Position numbers and translations under genes: made by a program. Below the pieces are notes generated by a model. It had not been told where the DNA came from. It saw only the letters and a list, made by a program, of their open reading frames with translations, and made no database searches. Below are positions 17,569 through 27,415 of a stretch of DNA of 64,000 nt, piece by piece (positions within the stretch are counted from its first letter, which is position 1; each line of letters begins with the position of its first letter). Source of the DNA: Marinobacter sp. (GTDB lineage: Bacteria > Pseudomonadota > Gammaproteobacteria > Pseudomonadales > Oleiphilaceae); assembly GCA_030457765.1 (NCBI GenBank), contig JAKDUK010000005.1, forward strand, positions 12,484 to 76,483. Direction: 5' to 3'.

Positions 17569-19689
17569 ATGACACTAATAAAGAGCTATTCCGGATTTCG
17601 GCTAAAGCACCAGGCACTCCACGTCGCACTAATTTCATGTTTGGGGCTTGCGGGCGGTGATGCAATCGCGGCCAATCGCATTGATCAGGTCAATGAAAGC
17701 TATATAAAAGAAAACGCCAAGACGGGTAAAGACTGGCCAGCCCACGGCTTTGACTACGCAGAAACCCGTTTCAGCCCTCTCTCGCAAATTACAGATTCCA
17801 ACGTCAATAAGCTGGGGTTAGCCTGGTCCTATGATCTGAAATCAAGCCGTGGCATTGAGGCTACGCCTCTGATTGTAGACGGGGTGATGTATGTAACCGC
17901 GTCGTGGAGTGTCGTACACGCACTTGATGCGACAACCGGCGAAAACCTTTGGACTTTCGACCCTGAAGTACCTCGGGAAAAGGGCTATGAAGCCTGCTGC
18001 GATGTGGTTAACCGTGGTGTTGCCCTGTATGAAGGCAAGGTCTACGTTGCCGCACTTGATGGCCGGCTGGTCGCCATTGATGCAAAAACCGGGCAAAAAG
18101 CCTGGGAAAGGAACACGCTAATTGACAACGAAATCGGCTACACATTAACCGGTGCGCCTCGCGTCTTTAAAGGTAAAGTGATCATCGGAAACGGCGGCGC
18201 AGAGCGTGGCGTAAGGGGTTATATCACGGCCTACGATGCAAAAACCGGAGAACAGAAATGGCGCTGGTATACCGTACCAGGGGATCCTGGCAAACCATTC
18301 GAAAACGAGGCCATGGCCAAAGCGGCCGAGACCTGGGACCCCAGCGGTAAATACTGGGAAAGCGGTGGCGGCGGCACCGTGTGGAACTCTATGGTTTTTG
18401 ATCCCGACCTGAACCTTATGTATATCGGCACGGGCAACGGAGCCCCATGGTCCCATAAAAAACGCAGTCCAAAGGGCGGAGACAACCTGTACGTAGCCTC
18501 TATTGTTGCGCTTAACCCTGATACCGGAGAGTACGTTTGGCACTACCAAGAGACGCCGGGGGATAACTGGGACTACACCTCAGCCCAAGACATGATTCTC
18601 AAGGATCTCATGATAGATGGGGAGCTGCGAAAAATTATTATGCACGCTCCTAAAAACGGTTTCTTTTTTGTCGTTGACCGCACCAACGGCGAATTCATCT
18701 CCGCTGACAACTTTGTCGATGTGAACTGGGCGGAGGGCTACGATAGCAACGGGCGCCCAATCGAAGTGCCTGCTGCACGCTCGGGAGACAAGCCATTTGA
18801 TGCCATTCCAGGCCCCTTCGGCGGTCATAACTGGCACTCGATGTCCTTCAACTCCGAAACAGGGCTCGCGTATTTCCCTTCTCAGAACATTCCCATAACG
18901 CTATCAGAAGACCCTACCTGGACAAGTATAGAAAGTAATGAGCCCGGCCAGCCAATGAGCGGTATTGGCTGGAATACCGCAATGAGAATCAACGAAGCCC
19001 CGCCCTCCGGTAAACCATTCGGACGACTAACGGCCTGGGATCCAATCAAACAACAGGAGGCCTGGCGTTACGAGCATGCCTCACCCTGGAACGGCGGTAC
19101 GCTTTCTACTGCTGGCAACCTAGTGTTCCAAGGAACTGCAGATGCACGGTTAATGGCATTTAACGCACAAACGGGCAAACCGTTATGGGAATCCCCCATG
19201 GGCACCGGAGTCATTGCCGCTCCGGTCACCTATGAGGTTGATGGTACTCAATATGTCTCAATTGCAGCTGGCTGGGGAGGAGTATACGGGCAGGCCCAAA
19301 GAGGCTCTGACCTGAAGACCTCCGGCACTGTTTATACATTTGCGCTGAACGGTAACGCCGAATTGCCTGAGTTCACGAAATATCAGTTGGGGTCATTAAT
19401 TTCTGGTGTTAAGTACAACCCAGATTTCGTTGAGGAAGGCACTGGCATTTACGTTAGCAACTGCGTGTTTTGCCATGGCGTCCCTGGGGTAGATAAAGGC
19501 GGCAATATCCCGAACCTGGGCTACAGCGATAGCGCTGTTATCGAAAACCTTAGCTCCTTTGTATTTAATGGCCCATTTGTCGGTAACGGTATGCCTGATT
19601 TTACCGGCAAGTTAAGTGAGACAGATGTCGAAAAAATAAAGGCCTTTATCCAGGGTACAGCTGACGCAATTCGCCCCAAAAGCCAGTAA
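17569..19689 (+). CDS. Type II quinohemoprotein alcohol dehydrogenase (PQQ plus heme c)
   Basis: PQQ beta-propeller motifs, vicinal Cys 'ACCDVVNRG', active site 'DNWDYTS', C-terminal CVFCH with 'GMPDF' axial Met, and a signal peptide. Confidence 0.93.
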   Translation: MTLIKSYSGFRLKHQALHVALISCLGLAGGDAIAANRIDQVNESYIKENAKTGKDWPAHGFDYAETRFSPLSQITDSNVNKLGLAWSYDLKSSRGIEATPLIVDGVMYVTASWSVVHALDATTGENLWTFDPEVPREKGYEACCDVVNRGVALYEGKVYVAALDGRLVAIDAKTGQKAWERNTLIDNEIGYTLTGAPRVFKGKVIIGNGGAERGVRGYITAYDAKTGEQKWRWYTVPGDPGKPFENEAMAKAAETWDPSGKYWESGGGGTVWNSMVFDPDLNLMYIGTGNGAPWSHKKRSPKGGDNLYVASIVALNPDTGEYVWHYQETPGDNWDYTSAQDMILKDLMIDGELRKIIMHAPKNGFFFVVDRTNGEFISADNFVDVNWAEGYDSNGRPIEVPAARSGDKPFDAIPGPFGGHNWHSMSFNSETGLAYFPSQNIPITLSEDPTWTSIESNEPGQPMSGIGWNTAMRINEAPPSGKPFGRLTAWDPIKQQEAWRYEHASPWNGGTLSTAGNLVFQGTADARLMAFNAQTGKPLWESPMGTGVIAAPVTYEVDGTQYVSIAAGWGGVYGQAQRGSDLKTSGTVYTFALNGNAELPEFTKYQLGSLISGVKYNPDFVEEGTGIYVSNCVFCHGVPGVDKGGNIPNLGYSDSAVIENLSSFVFNGPFVGNGMPDFTGKLSETDVEKIKAFIQGTADAIRPKSQ

Positions 19690-19704
19690 ATGAAGGAAAT
19701 AACA

Positions 19705-21219
19705 ATGAACAAAATGACAAACGAAGCAGCGAATATAGAACAGAAGACCCAAGCGTTTCTCGACCGTCAAAGCCATCGCATGCTGATTGGCGGGGAATGG
19801 GTTGATGCAGCGAAAGACAAGCGTATGCAGGTTGTAAACCCAGCCGAAGAAGCGATCATTGGAACTATTCCGTCTGCAAATTCGGACGACGTAAACAAAG
19901 CTGTTGATTGTGCCAGAAACGCTCTGGAACAAAGTGCCTGGAGTCGGATGAGACCTTCCACTCGGCAGAATTTGCTCCTGAAACTTGCTGACCTGATTGA
20001 GCGGGATGCCCGAATAATCGCGGAGTTAGAGGCTATCGACAATGGTAAATCTGCCGCTGTTGCTCAGGCTGTTGATATAAGCTTAGGCTTGGAGTTCTTC
20101 CGCTATATGGCAGGGTGGGCAACCAAAATCGAAGGGTCTACTCTGGATGTGTCCATGCCTTTCGCACCGCCCGAAGCTGACTTTTTTGCATACACCCGAC
20201 GTGAGCCTATCGGTGTTGTAGCTGCAATCATACCGTGGAACTTTCCATTTCTTATGGCCTGCTGGAAGTTGGCACCGGCGCTGGCAGCGGGCTGTACGGT
20301 GGTTCTAAAACCTGCAGAGCAAACATCTCTTTCTGCACTATATTTAGGCGAGCTGATTGAGGAGGCCGGTTTCCCCAGCGGCGTTGTGAATATTATTACA
20401 GGTGATGGTCAGAGTACGGGCTCGACTTTGATAGCACACCCTGACATAAACAAAATCAGCTTTACAGGTTCAACACAGGTGGGCCAGCTCATCGGCCGCG
20501 CAGCTATGGATAACATGGCCCGTGTAACACTGGAGCTGGGCGGCAAGTCGCCAATGATTGTCCTGGAAGATTGTGATCCCGAGAAAGCAGCGCAAGGTGC
20601 GGCCGTCGCAATCTTTTTCAATCATGGACAAACTTGCAGCGCAGGCTCTCGGCTGTACGTGCACCGAAGCATCTTTGATACTGTCGTCAACCGACTCGCG
20701 GAGTTGGCTGAGGCCATACCCCTGGGGCCAGGCCTAGATCCGGCCGCACAAATGGGGCCCCTTGTATCCCAGACACAGCTGGACAGAGTCTGCCGCTATA
20801 TTGAAATAGGCTGCCAGGAAGGTGCACGCTTGGTTACCGGAGGGGAGAGGGCTGACCGCAAGGGGTATTACGTCAAGCCCACCATCTTCACATGCGAAGA
20901 TGACAGCCTGGTTATTGCCAGGGAGGAGATTTTTGGCCCGGTAATGGTAGCAATTCCCTTTGATGATGTTGACGATGTTGTGGATCGTGCCAATGACAGT
21001 CGCTATGGCCTGGCAGCCAGTATCTGGTCAAACGACCTCTCTCAAGTGCAACGCTTAATACCGAGACTAAAAGCGGGCACTGTATGGGTAAATGGACACA
21101 ACATGCTTGACGCAAACGTGCCATTCGGAGGCTACAAACTATCAGGCGTTGGCCGCGATATGGGCAAGCAATCCCTTGATTCGTATCTTGAAACCAAATC
21201 GGTTTTCATGGCCCTCTAG
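19705..21219 (+). CDS. NAD-dependent aldehyde dehydrogenase, phenylacetaldehyde dehydrogenase (FeaB/StyD)-like
   Basis: PWNFP, 'FTGST', 'LELGGKSP', catalytic 'GQTCSAG' and 'EEIFGPV'; N-terminal 'AFLDRQ' resembles FeaB. ATG 19705 follows AAGGA. Confidence 0.85.
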   Translation: MNKMTNEAANIEQKTQAFLDRQSHRMLIGGEWVDAAKDKRMQVVNPAEEAIIGTIPSANSDDVNKAVDCARNALEQSAWSRMRPSTRQNLLLKLADLIERDARIIAELEAIDNGKSAAVAQAVDISLGLEFFRYMAGWATKIEGSTLDVSMPFAPPEADFFAYTRREPIGVVAAIIPWNFPFLMACWKLAPALAAGCTVVLKPAEQTSLSALYLGELIEEAGFPSGVVNIITGDGQSTGSTLIAHPDINKISFTGSTQVGQLIGRAAMDNMARVTLELGGKSPMIVLEDCDPEKAAQGAAVAIFFNHGQTCSAGSRLYVHRSIFDTVVNRLAELAEAIPLGPGLDPAAQMGPLVSQTQLDRVCRYIEIGCQEGARLVTGGERADRKGYYVKPTIFTCEDDSLVIAREEIFGPVMVAIPFDDVDDVVDRANDSRYGLAASIWSNDLSQVQRLIPRLKAGTVWVNGHNMLDANVPFGGYKLSGVGRDMGKQSLDSYLETKSVFMAL

Positions 21220-21224
21220 GAATG

Positions 21225-21268
21225 AATGCTACCCCTCCCCGGCATTCGCAGCCGGAGGGGGTAGCATT
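21225..21268. terminator. Strong intergenic hairpin between the ALDH and the TonB receptor
   Basis: AATGCTACCCCTCCCCGGC-ATTCGCA-GCCGGAGGGGGTAGCATT (near-perfect ~18-bp stem); lacks a poly-U tail. Confidence 0.6.
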
Positions 21269-21318
21269 AATAGCCGAACGCTTCAGCTATCCCTAGCTTT
21301 AATACCACCCATCCCAAG

Positions 21319-23376
21319 ATGAGAGCTATGACTAACTACAAATCTACATTTCTCTTTTTGAGTGGACTAGTAACCCTCCCATTCACAATGACTGCCCATG
21401 GGCAACCTGCCGCCGACATTATGGTGACAGCGCCAGTGATGGAGCGTGACCTTTACGAAACGCCCGCTGCCATGTCGGTCGTTCGGCAGAGCTCCATTCA
21501 GGAAGGTCAGTCCCGATTAAAGTTGAATGAGAGCCTTGGCCAAGTTCCGGGCATTTTTTTGCAGAATCAGGAGAACTACGCCCAGGGTGAACGCATCGCG
21601 ATACGTGGGTTTGGGGCACGAGCGCCATTTGGGGTTCGCGGCATTACGGTTATGGTTGACGGCATTCCATACACCCTCCCAGACGGCCAGGCGCAACTGG
21701 ATGCAATCGATTTGGATACCGCTCAACGCATCGAAGTGATTCGTGGCCCCGCGTCGGTCTTATATGGTAATGCGGCGGGCGGCGTGATCAGTGTGACAAC
21801 AGCCGATGGGCGCTCTCAGCCCGATCAGACATCGGTTCGTATGACCGGTGGCAGTAATGATTTCGGCAAACTTTCGATAACCAACAGCGGCAGCAATGGG
21901 CCCTGGTCGCACAGCGTCAGTGGTTCCGCCCTCAACTATGAGGGCTATCGTGATCAAGCCAAGGTCGAAAAATACCTGCTGAACACCAAGCTGCGCCGGG
22001 AGCTAGGTAACGATCGCTCCGTGACCGCCATGTTAAACCTGCTGCAAAACCCACGGTCGGAAGATCCGGGGGCTCTCACAATTGAACAAGTTAAAGCCGA
22101 CAAATCCCAAGCTGGTAAATTTACCGAGAAGTTTAATACCGGGCAAACCGTCGACCAACAAGTGCTTGGCCTGCAATATCAGGACCTTTCTGCAGGTCCG
22201 GGTGAGCTTCGCGTAAAAACCTTCTACATGCGCCGGAACTTTGAACAACAACTTCCTTATATTGGTCCAAGCCGCATCGATTACAACCGCAATTATTTTG
22301 GAGTAAATGCGGATTATCGTCAGGCCCTGCAAGTTGCGGGATTTCCGTTTCGTTATGTTGCGGGGATCGAGGCACGGGATCAACAAGATGACCGCATACG
22401 CACAAAAATGAACCCAAACGGAAATTTAGGAGGGCTCAAGGAGGATGAACGTCAATCCGCCACTGTTCTCAGTACTTTTGCTCAAGGTGACTTGAACCTT
22501 AGTGAACAATTAACTTTTTCTCTTGGGGCTCGCTTCGACCGAGTTCGCATGAAAGTTAGTGACGACTTCCTTTCAAATGGCAATCAAAGCGGAAGTAACA
22601 GCTTTAAAGAATGGAGCGGCTCTGCGGGCTTGAACTATCGCTACCTTCCAGCTCACCAAGCGTATGCGAACCTTAGCACCGCCTTCGAAACACCAACCTT
22701 CACGGAGTTTGCCAACCCGTTGGGAGTAGGTGGACTAAATCCGGAAACTCAGGCACAAAAATCACTTAATCATGAGTTGGGGGTGCGTGGGGAATTCAAC
22801 AACGGCATCGATTATGACCTCACATTGTTCTGGGTTGATGTTCGAGATGAGCTTATCGCCTATAACCTCCCTGGCCGGGGTGATCAGGACTTCTACCGCA
22901 ACGCCGGAGACACTACACGTAAGGGGTTTGAAGCAGCCGTTGGCTGGCTGATTACCTCAAGCTGGCGTATTGACAGTGCATTAACGTTAGCCAGCTATGA
23001 ACTTGAAACCTACCGCACGGATAGCAACAACTATGATGGGAACAGGTTACCCGGCCTGCCAGAGCATACCTGGAGCAACCAGCTGAAGTGGCACGGCCTG
23101 GGCGGCACCTTTGCAACGTTGGAAAGCCGTTATGTTGGCGATATGGTTGCCGACGATGCCAATGAGGTGAAAGTTGACGACTATTGGCTGTTAAACCTGC
23201 GCGGCGGCGACACGCTGTATGCGGGGCAAAAGTTGCTTCTTAAAGGCTTTGCTGGCATTGATAACCTGACTAACAGGAATTATTTTGCCAACGTACGTAC
23301 TAACGCCACCTACGGTAAATATTTTGAGCCAGCCTCCGGGCGCACCTGGTACGCAGGACTCGAGGTTGTTTTCTGA
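21319..23376 (+). CDS. pqqU: TonB-dependent receptor, PqqU/YncD family (putative PQQ uptake)
   Basis: Plug 'VPGIFLQNQENYAQGERIAIRGFGARAPFGVRGI..VDGIP.TLPDGQ', 'FETPT' and 'YFEPASGRTWY' resemble E. coli YncD/PqqU as recalled; C-terminal Phe. Confidence 0.75.
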   Translation: MRAMTNYKSTFLFLSGLVTLPFTMTAHGQPAADIMVTAPVMERDLYETPAAMSVVRQSSIQEGQSRLKLNESLGQVPGIFLQNQENYAQGERIAIRGFGARAPFGVRGITVMVDGIPYTLPDGQAQLDAIDLDTAQRIEVIRGPASVLYGNAAGGVISVTTADGRSQPDQTSVRMTGGSNDFGKLSITNSGSNGPWSHSVSGSALNYEGYRDQAKVEKYLLNTKLRRELGNDRSVTAMLNLLQNPRSEDPGALTIEQVKADKSQAGKFTEKFNTGQTVDQQVLGLQYQDLSAGPGELRVKTFYMRRNFEQQLPYIGPSRIDYNRNYFGVNADYRQALQVAGFPFRYVAGIEARDQQDDRIRTKMNPNGNLGGLKEDERQSATVLSTFAQGDLNLSEQLTFSLGARFDRVRMKVSDDFLSNGNQSGSNSFKEWSGSAGLNYRYLPAHQAYANLSTAFETPTFTEFANPLGVGGLNPETQAQKSLNHELGVRGEFNNGIDYDLTLFWVDVRDELIAYNLPGRGDQDFYRNAGDTTRKGFEAAVGWLITSSWRIDSALTLASYELETYRTDSNNYDGNRLPGLPEHTWSNQLKWHGLGGTFATLESRYVGDMVADDANEVKVDDYWLLNLRGGDTLYAGQKLLLKGFAGIDNLTNRNYFANVRTNATYGKYFEPASGRTWYAGLEVVF

Positions 23377-23397
23377 AAACCTGGAAACTTTAACGAC

Positions 23398-23423
23398 AAC
23401 TGCGGCACGGAACTGCCGCAGTT
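23398..23423. terminator. Hairpin after the TonB receptor
   Basis: Perfect 10-bp stem AACTGCGGCA-CGGAAC-TGCCGCAGTT. Confidence 0.55.
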
Positions 23424-23569
23424 CGGTGCTTACACCTACAGGCGTTATAACTTACCCCGCTCTTCGCTAAAACCTTACCGTAAAAGGTCGACATTTCGCT
23501 GTATAATGTCGCCGTCAGCGAAATTAATGTTTATTTAAGCATCAGCCGTTTGAAGACAGTAGGTAGTAA

Positions 23570-24640
23570 ATGACCGCAACGCCCCTAGAAAAATGGCCTT
23601 CAAAAGCACGCGAGCCCAGCTCAAATAGAACCCTAGCGCCATCTCGCCGCTTCAGCGTAGCGCCTATGATGGATTGGACTACCCCGCACTATCGGTATCT
23701 TGCCCGCCTGCTAAGCAAGCACACCCTGCTCTACACCGAGATGGTTACCACCGGTGCGCTGATTCATGGCGATACTGAGCGGTTTTTACGCCACAACGCT
23801 GCTGAGTACCCGTTGGCCCTTCAACTTGGGGGCAGTAATGCTGGCGAGTTAGCGCATTGTGCAAGGCTGGCTGAGCAGTTTGGTTTCAGTGAAGTAAACT
23901 TGAACGTTGGCTGCCCGAGCGACCGGGTGCAAAACAATATGATTGGCGCCTGTTTGATGGAGCACCCGGATAAGGTAGCGGAAGGCGTTCGTGCGATGAT
24001 TGCAGCCACCAGTCTTCCAGTTACGGTTAAACACCGCATAGGCATTAATGGCCGAGAGTCCTGGGAAAATCTGTGCGAGTTCGTGGACAAGGTAAGCGAG
24101 GCCGGTTGCCGGACATTTATTGTGCATGCCCGCATCGCCGTTCTTGAGGGCCTGAGCCCTAAAGAAAATCGCGATGTGCCTCCATTAAAGTATGACTGGG
24201 TGTACCAGCTTAAGCAGAAGTATCCGCACCTTGAGATCATTATCAACGGCGGCATCAAAACCTTTGCGGAATGCCAGGAGCACTTGGCGCACACAGATGG
24301 CGTGATGCTGGGCCGCGAGGCTTATCACAACCCTTGGCTTTTGACCGGTGTAGACCAGGAATTTTTCGGCGGCGAGCCGGCTCTTGCTTCACGTCATGAG
24401 GTGCTGGAAGCCATGTATCCGTTTATTCAGAGCGAATTGGATCGCGGCGTATACCTTGCACACATATCCCGACACTTGCTTGGGCTGTTCCACGGCATGC
24501 CCGGTGGCCGGCTGTTCCGCCGCTATATTAGTGAAAATGCTCACAAATCCGGGGCTGGACTGGAGGTAATACAGACCGCCCTTGAGAAGGTTCGTGAACA
24601 GGAGCAATCCGCACTGGCTCGCGCTGCTGCCAGTGCCTAA
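23570..24640 (+). CDS. dusA: tRNA-dihydrouridine(20/20a) synthase
   Basis: 'RFSVAPMMDWT', 'NLNVGCPSDRVQ' and 'GLSPKENRDVPPL'; a TATAAT lies upstream at 23502. Confidence 0.95.
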   Translation: MTATPLEKWPSKAREPSSNRTLAPSRRFSVAPMMDWTTPHYRYLARLLSKHTLLYTEMVTTGALIHGDTERFLRHNAAEYPLALQLGGSNAGELAHCARLAEQFGFSEVNLNVGCPSDRVQNNMIGACLMEHPDKVAEGVRAMIAATSLPVTVKHRIGINGRESWENLCEFVDKVSEAGCRTFIVHARIAVLEGLSPKENRDVPPLKYDWVYQLKQKYPHLEIIINGGIKTFAECQEHLAHTDGVMLGREAYHNPWLLTGVDQEFFGGEPALASRHEVLEAMYPFIQSELDRGVYLAHISRHLLGLFHGMPGGRLFRRYISENAHKSGAGLEVIQTALEKVREQEQSALARAAASA

Positions 24641-24802
24641 TCATTCTTTAGTCATTTTTTACCGCAAGGTTAACGCACTATTGCCAAAACCTTACTTTTT
24701 GCTGTCTTGTTCCTGCCTTTGCAGCCCGCTATTGTAGAGGCACAGCCTGCACCCGGGGTTTGGGGTGCGCAGATAATAATATCAACCGGGACGACAGTAC
24801 GA

Positions 24803-25771
24803 ATGACCAGCAAGCTTGATCAACTCAAAACCATGACCACGGTAGTGGCAGACACCGGCGATATCGATGCTATTGCCCAGTGGCTGCCCCAAGACGCAAC
24901 AACCAACCCGTCGCTACTACTGAAAGCTGCCGCTTCTGAAGCCTACCGGCCTATGCTTGAAAAAGCTGTTGCCCTGGCCCAAAGGCAAGGCGGCTCCAGT
25001 GCTGAACAGTTAACCATGGCAACCGATATGTTGGCGGTTTTGGCGGGCCAGGAAATACTCAACCTGATACCGGGCGTGGTGTCCACCGAAGTGGATGCGC
25101 GGCTGTCATTTGACACTGAAGCAACACTTAGGCGGGCGCGGCGTTTGATAGCGCTATACGATCAACAAGGCGTGGATACAAGCCGGGTGTTAATCAAGAT
25201 TGCGTCTACCTGGGAAGGTATTCGTGCGGCCGAGATTCTTGAGCAAGAAGGTATTCGCTGCAACCTCACTCTTTTATTTTCGTTCGTGCAGGCAGCGGCC
25301 TGTGCGCAAGCGGGCGCATTTCTGATTTCACCATTTGTAGGGCGTATTCTGGACTGGCACCTTGCCAACAGTGGCCGCGACCACTTCCCTGCCGCCGAGG
25401 ACCCGGGTGTATTGTCTGTTGCTCGTATTTATAACTACTACAAGGCCCATGGCTTCAATACCGTGGTAATGGGTGCGAGTTTCCGTAACCTGGGTGAGAT
25501 CGAAATGTTGGCAGGCTGCGACCGGCTTACCATCAGCCCAGCGTTATTGCAGGAACTGAAAAATGATACCGGAACCCTGGAGCAGCAGCTTTCGGCAGCC
25601 GGCGCCACATCCTCGGATGGTTTCGGAGCGTTGGATGAAAAAATGTTCCGTTGGGAGTCGAACGAAGACGCCATGGCCACTGAAAAGCTGGCCGACGGCA
25701 TCCGCCGCTTTACCGCGGATCAGATTGCACTGGAGAACCAGGTTCGCCAGCTGGCCATTAAAGCGGCTTGA
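24803..25771 (+). CDS. tal: Transaldolase
   Basis: 'VVADTGD', 'DATTNPSL', '[10 protein letters not shown]' and 'VMGASFR'; true start MTSKLDQLK. Confidence 0.95.
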   Translation: MTSKLDQLKTMTTVVADTGDIDAIAQWLPQDATTNPSLLLKAAASEAYRPMLEKAVALAQRQGGSSAEQLTMATDMLAVLAGQEILNLIPGVVSTEVDARLSFDTEATLRRARRLIALYDQQGVDTSRVLIKIASTWEGIRAAEILEQEGIRCNLTLLFSFVQAAACAQAGAFLISPFVGRILDWHLANSGRDHFPAAEDPGVLSVARIYNYYKAHGFNTVVMGASFRNLGEIEMLAGCDRLTISPALLQELKNDTGTLEQQLSAAGATSSDGFGALDEKMFRWESNEDAMATEKLADGIRRFTADQIALENQVRQLAIKAA

Positions 25772-25814
25772 TAGTAAGCGCACTTTCAACACACCAGAAT
25801 GACCGTACCAGATT

Positions 25815-26264
25815 ATGATTGAAAGCCTGAAAAAACTATTTAGCACTCCGGAAACAGAGCATCACAAACCCGACGCGCATCACATCGCGATTGCTGCAAC
25901 CGCCTTAATGGTGCAGCTTTCGCAAGTTGACAACGATGAAGATGAGCGAGAGTTGCAGGCCATTATAGATTGCGCGGTACAGGTGCATAATTTAACGCGT
26001 GAAGAGGCCAGAGAAATTCTTGAGCAGGCGATGGCCCAAGCACAAAGCGCCACATCGTTGTATGAGTTTACCGGGCAACTCAACGAATTTCTGGATCAAG
26101 ACGGTAAGCAGGCGTTATTGGAAAACATCTGGCGTGTTGCCCTTGCTGACGATCGAGTCGACAAATACGAAGAACATCTTATTCGCCGCATTGCAGATCT
26201 GATGCATCTTAATCATCGGGAATTTATTCTGGCGCGACACAGGGCCGAAAGCTCAAGCTCTTAA
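25815..26264 (+). CDS. TerB-family protein
   Basis: Motifs 'ATSLYEFT' and 'WRVALAD..VDKYEEHLIRRIADL'. Confidence 0.8.
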   Translation: MIESLKKLFSTPETEHHKPDAHHIAIAATALMVQLSQVDNDEDERELQAIIDCAVQVHNLTREEAREILEQAMAQAQSATSLYEFTGQLNEFLDQDGKQALLENIWRVALADDRVDKYEEHLIRRIADLMHLNHREFILARHRAESSSS

Positions 26265-26287
26265 CCGCATGTAAAGAAGGAGTCTCC

Positions 26288-27415
26288 ATGCTAGCCATTC
26301 TTCACCCCAACACTCCGCTGGACAGCGAAGCTTATCGCCAGACCATGCACTACCTGGAACACCTGCCAGGGGTAACGGTGCGGGTGCACGAGATTCAGGG
26401 CGCCAGTCAGCGACTGACCGAATTATACCTGCTGGGCGACACCAAACCGCTCAATAAAGAAGAGATAGAAGCCCTGCCCGCTGTTGAGCGTGCTATTCGT
26501 ATATCCGATGATTATCGGATATTGGGGCGTCACCAGGATGATAACCGGCAAAACGGTTTCACCTATAACGGCGTGGACTTTAATCAGTCAAACCTGAACG
26601 TATTTGCCGGGCTTTGCGCCGTGGATATTCCCGAGCATGTTGAAATGATGCTGAAAGCTCTGGAGGATAACGGTCAGGTTTGCACGCGTATGGGTGCTTA
26701 CAAGCCACGCACCAATCCCTATTCATTCCAGGGTCATGGCAAGGGCTGCCTGCCATGGGTGTTTGAGAAAGCCGGCAAGCACGGCATCAAAGTGGTTGCC
26801 ATGGAGATCACCCATGAAAGCCACATTGAAGAGATCGACAACTGTCTGGAAAAACTCGGTCGGCCAACCGGCGTTATGTTGCAAGTGGGCACCCGGAATA
26901 CTCAGAACTTTGAGCTTCTCAAGGCAATTGGCCGTCAGACAACCTATCCGGTGCTGCTAAAGCGGGGCTTTGGCATTACGTTGAACGAATCCCTGAACGC
27001 CGCCGAATATCTGGCCAGCGAAGGCAACGCCAACGTTATTTTTTGCTTACGAGGCATGAAAACCGAGGCCGGCCAACCACACCGAAACATGGTGGATTTT
27101 GCCCACGTGCCAACCGTGAAACGGTTAACCCGCATGCCTGTGTGTATTGACCCGTCCCATTCTGTTGGCACCCGCGCCAAGGCGCCAGACGGCATTTTAG
27201 ATGTGATGCACGCCACTGCACAGGGCGTTGTTTCAGGGGCGAATATGGTACTGGTAGACTTTCACCCTAAACCGGAGAAAGCCCTGGTAGACGGACCACA
27301 AGCGCTGCTGATGAATGAGCTGCCAGCTTATCTCGAAGATATACGCCTGTGCCACGACACCTGGAAAAAACGCCAGGACATTTACCAACGTTTGAGAGGT
27401 GAAACACCCGAATGA
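26288..27415 (+). CDS. DAHP synthase, class I-beta-like, with an N-terminal regulatory domain
   Basis: 'YKPRTNPYSFQG', 'LLKRG', 'DPSH' and 'DGPQAL'. Confidence 0.8.
   Translation: MLAILHPNTPLDSEAYRQTMHYLEHLPGVTVRVHEIQGASQRLTELYLLGDTKPLNKEEIEALPAVERAIRISDDYRILGRHQDDNRQNGFTYNGVDFNQSNLNVFAGLCAVDIPEHVEMMLKALEDNGQVCTRMGAYKPRTNPYSFQGHGKGCLPWVFEKAGKHGIKVVAMEITHESHIEEIDNCLEKLGRPTGVMLQVGTRNTQNFELLKAIGRQTTYPVLLKRGFGITLNESLNAAEYLASEGNANVIFCLRGMKTEAGQPHRNMVDFAHVPTVKRLTRMPVCIDPSHSVGTRAKAPDGILDVMHATAQGVVSGANMVLVDFHPKPEKALVDGPQALLMNELPAYLEDIRLCHDTWKKRQDIYQRLRGETPE

Noticed and set aside
17569-19689. Lanthanide-dependent (XoxF/ExaF/PedH-type) dehydrogenase
   Set aside because: The active-site motif is D-Y-T, lacking the extra Asp.
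24707-24802. Extended N-termini of tal, and likewise nqrA (36915-37052), can (51205-51252) and batA (58531-58683)
   Set aside because: Family-typical starts lie downstream; the extensions are artefacts of longest-ORF calling.
25815-26264. TerB as part of a tellurite-resistance or anti-phage island
   Set aside because: It is a solitary terB among housekeeping genes, with no other ter or defence genes.
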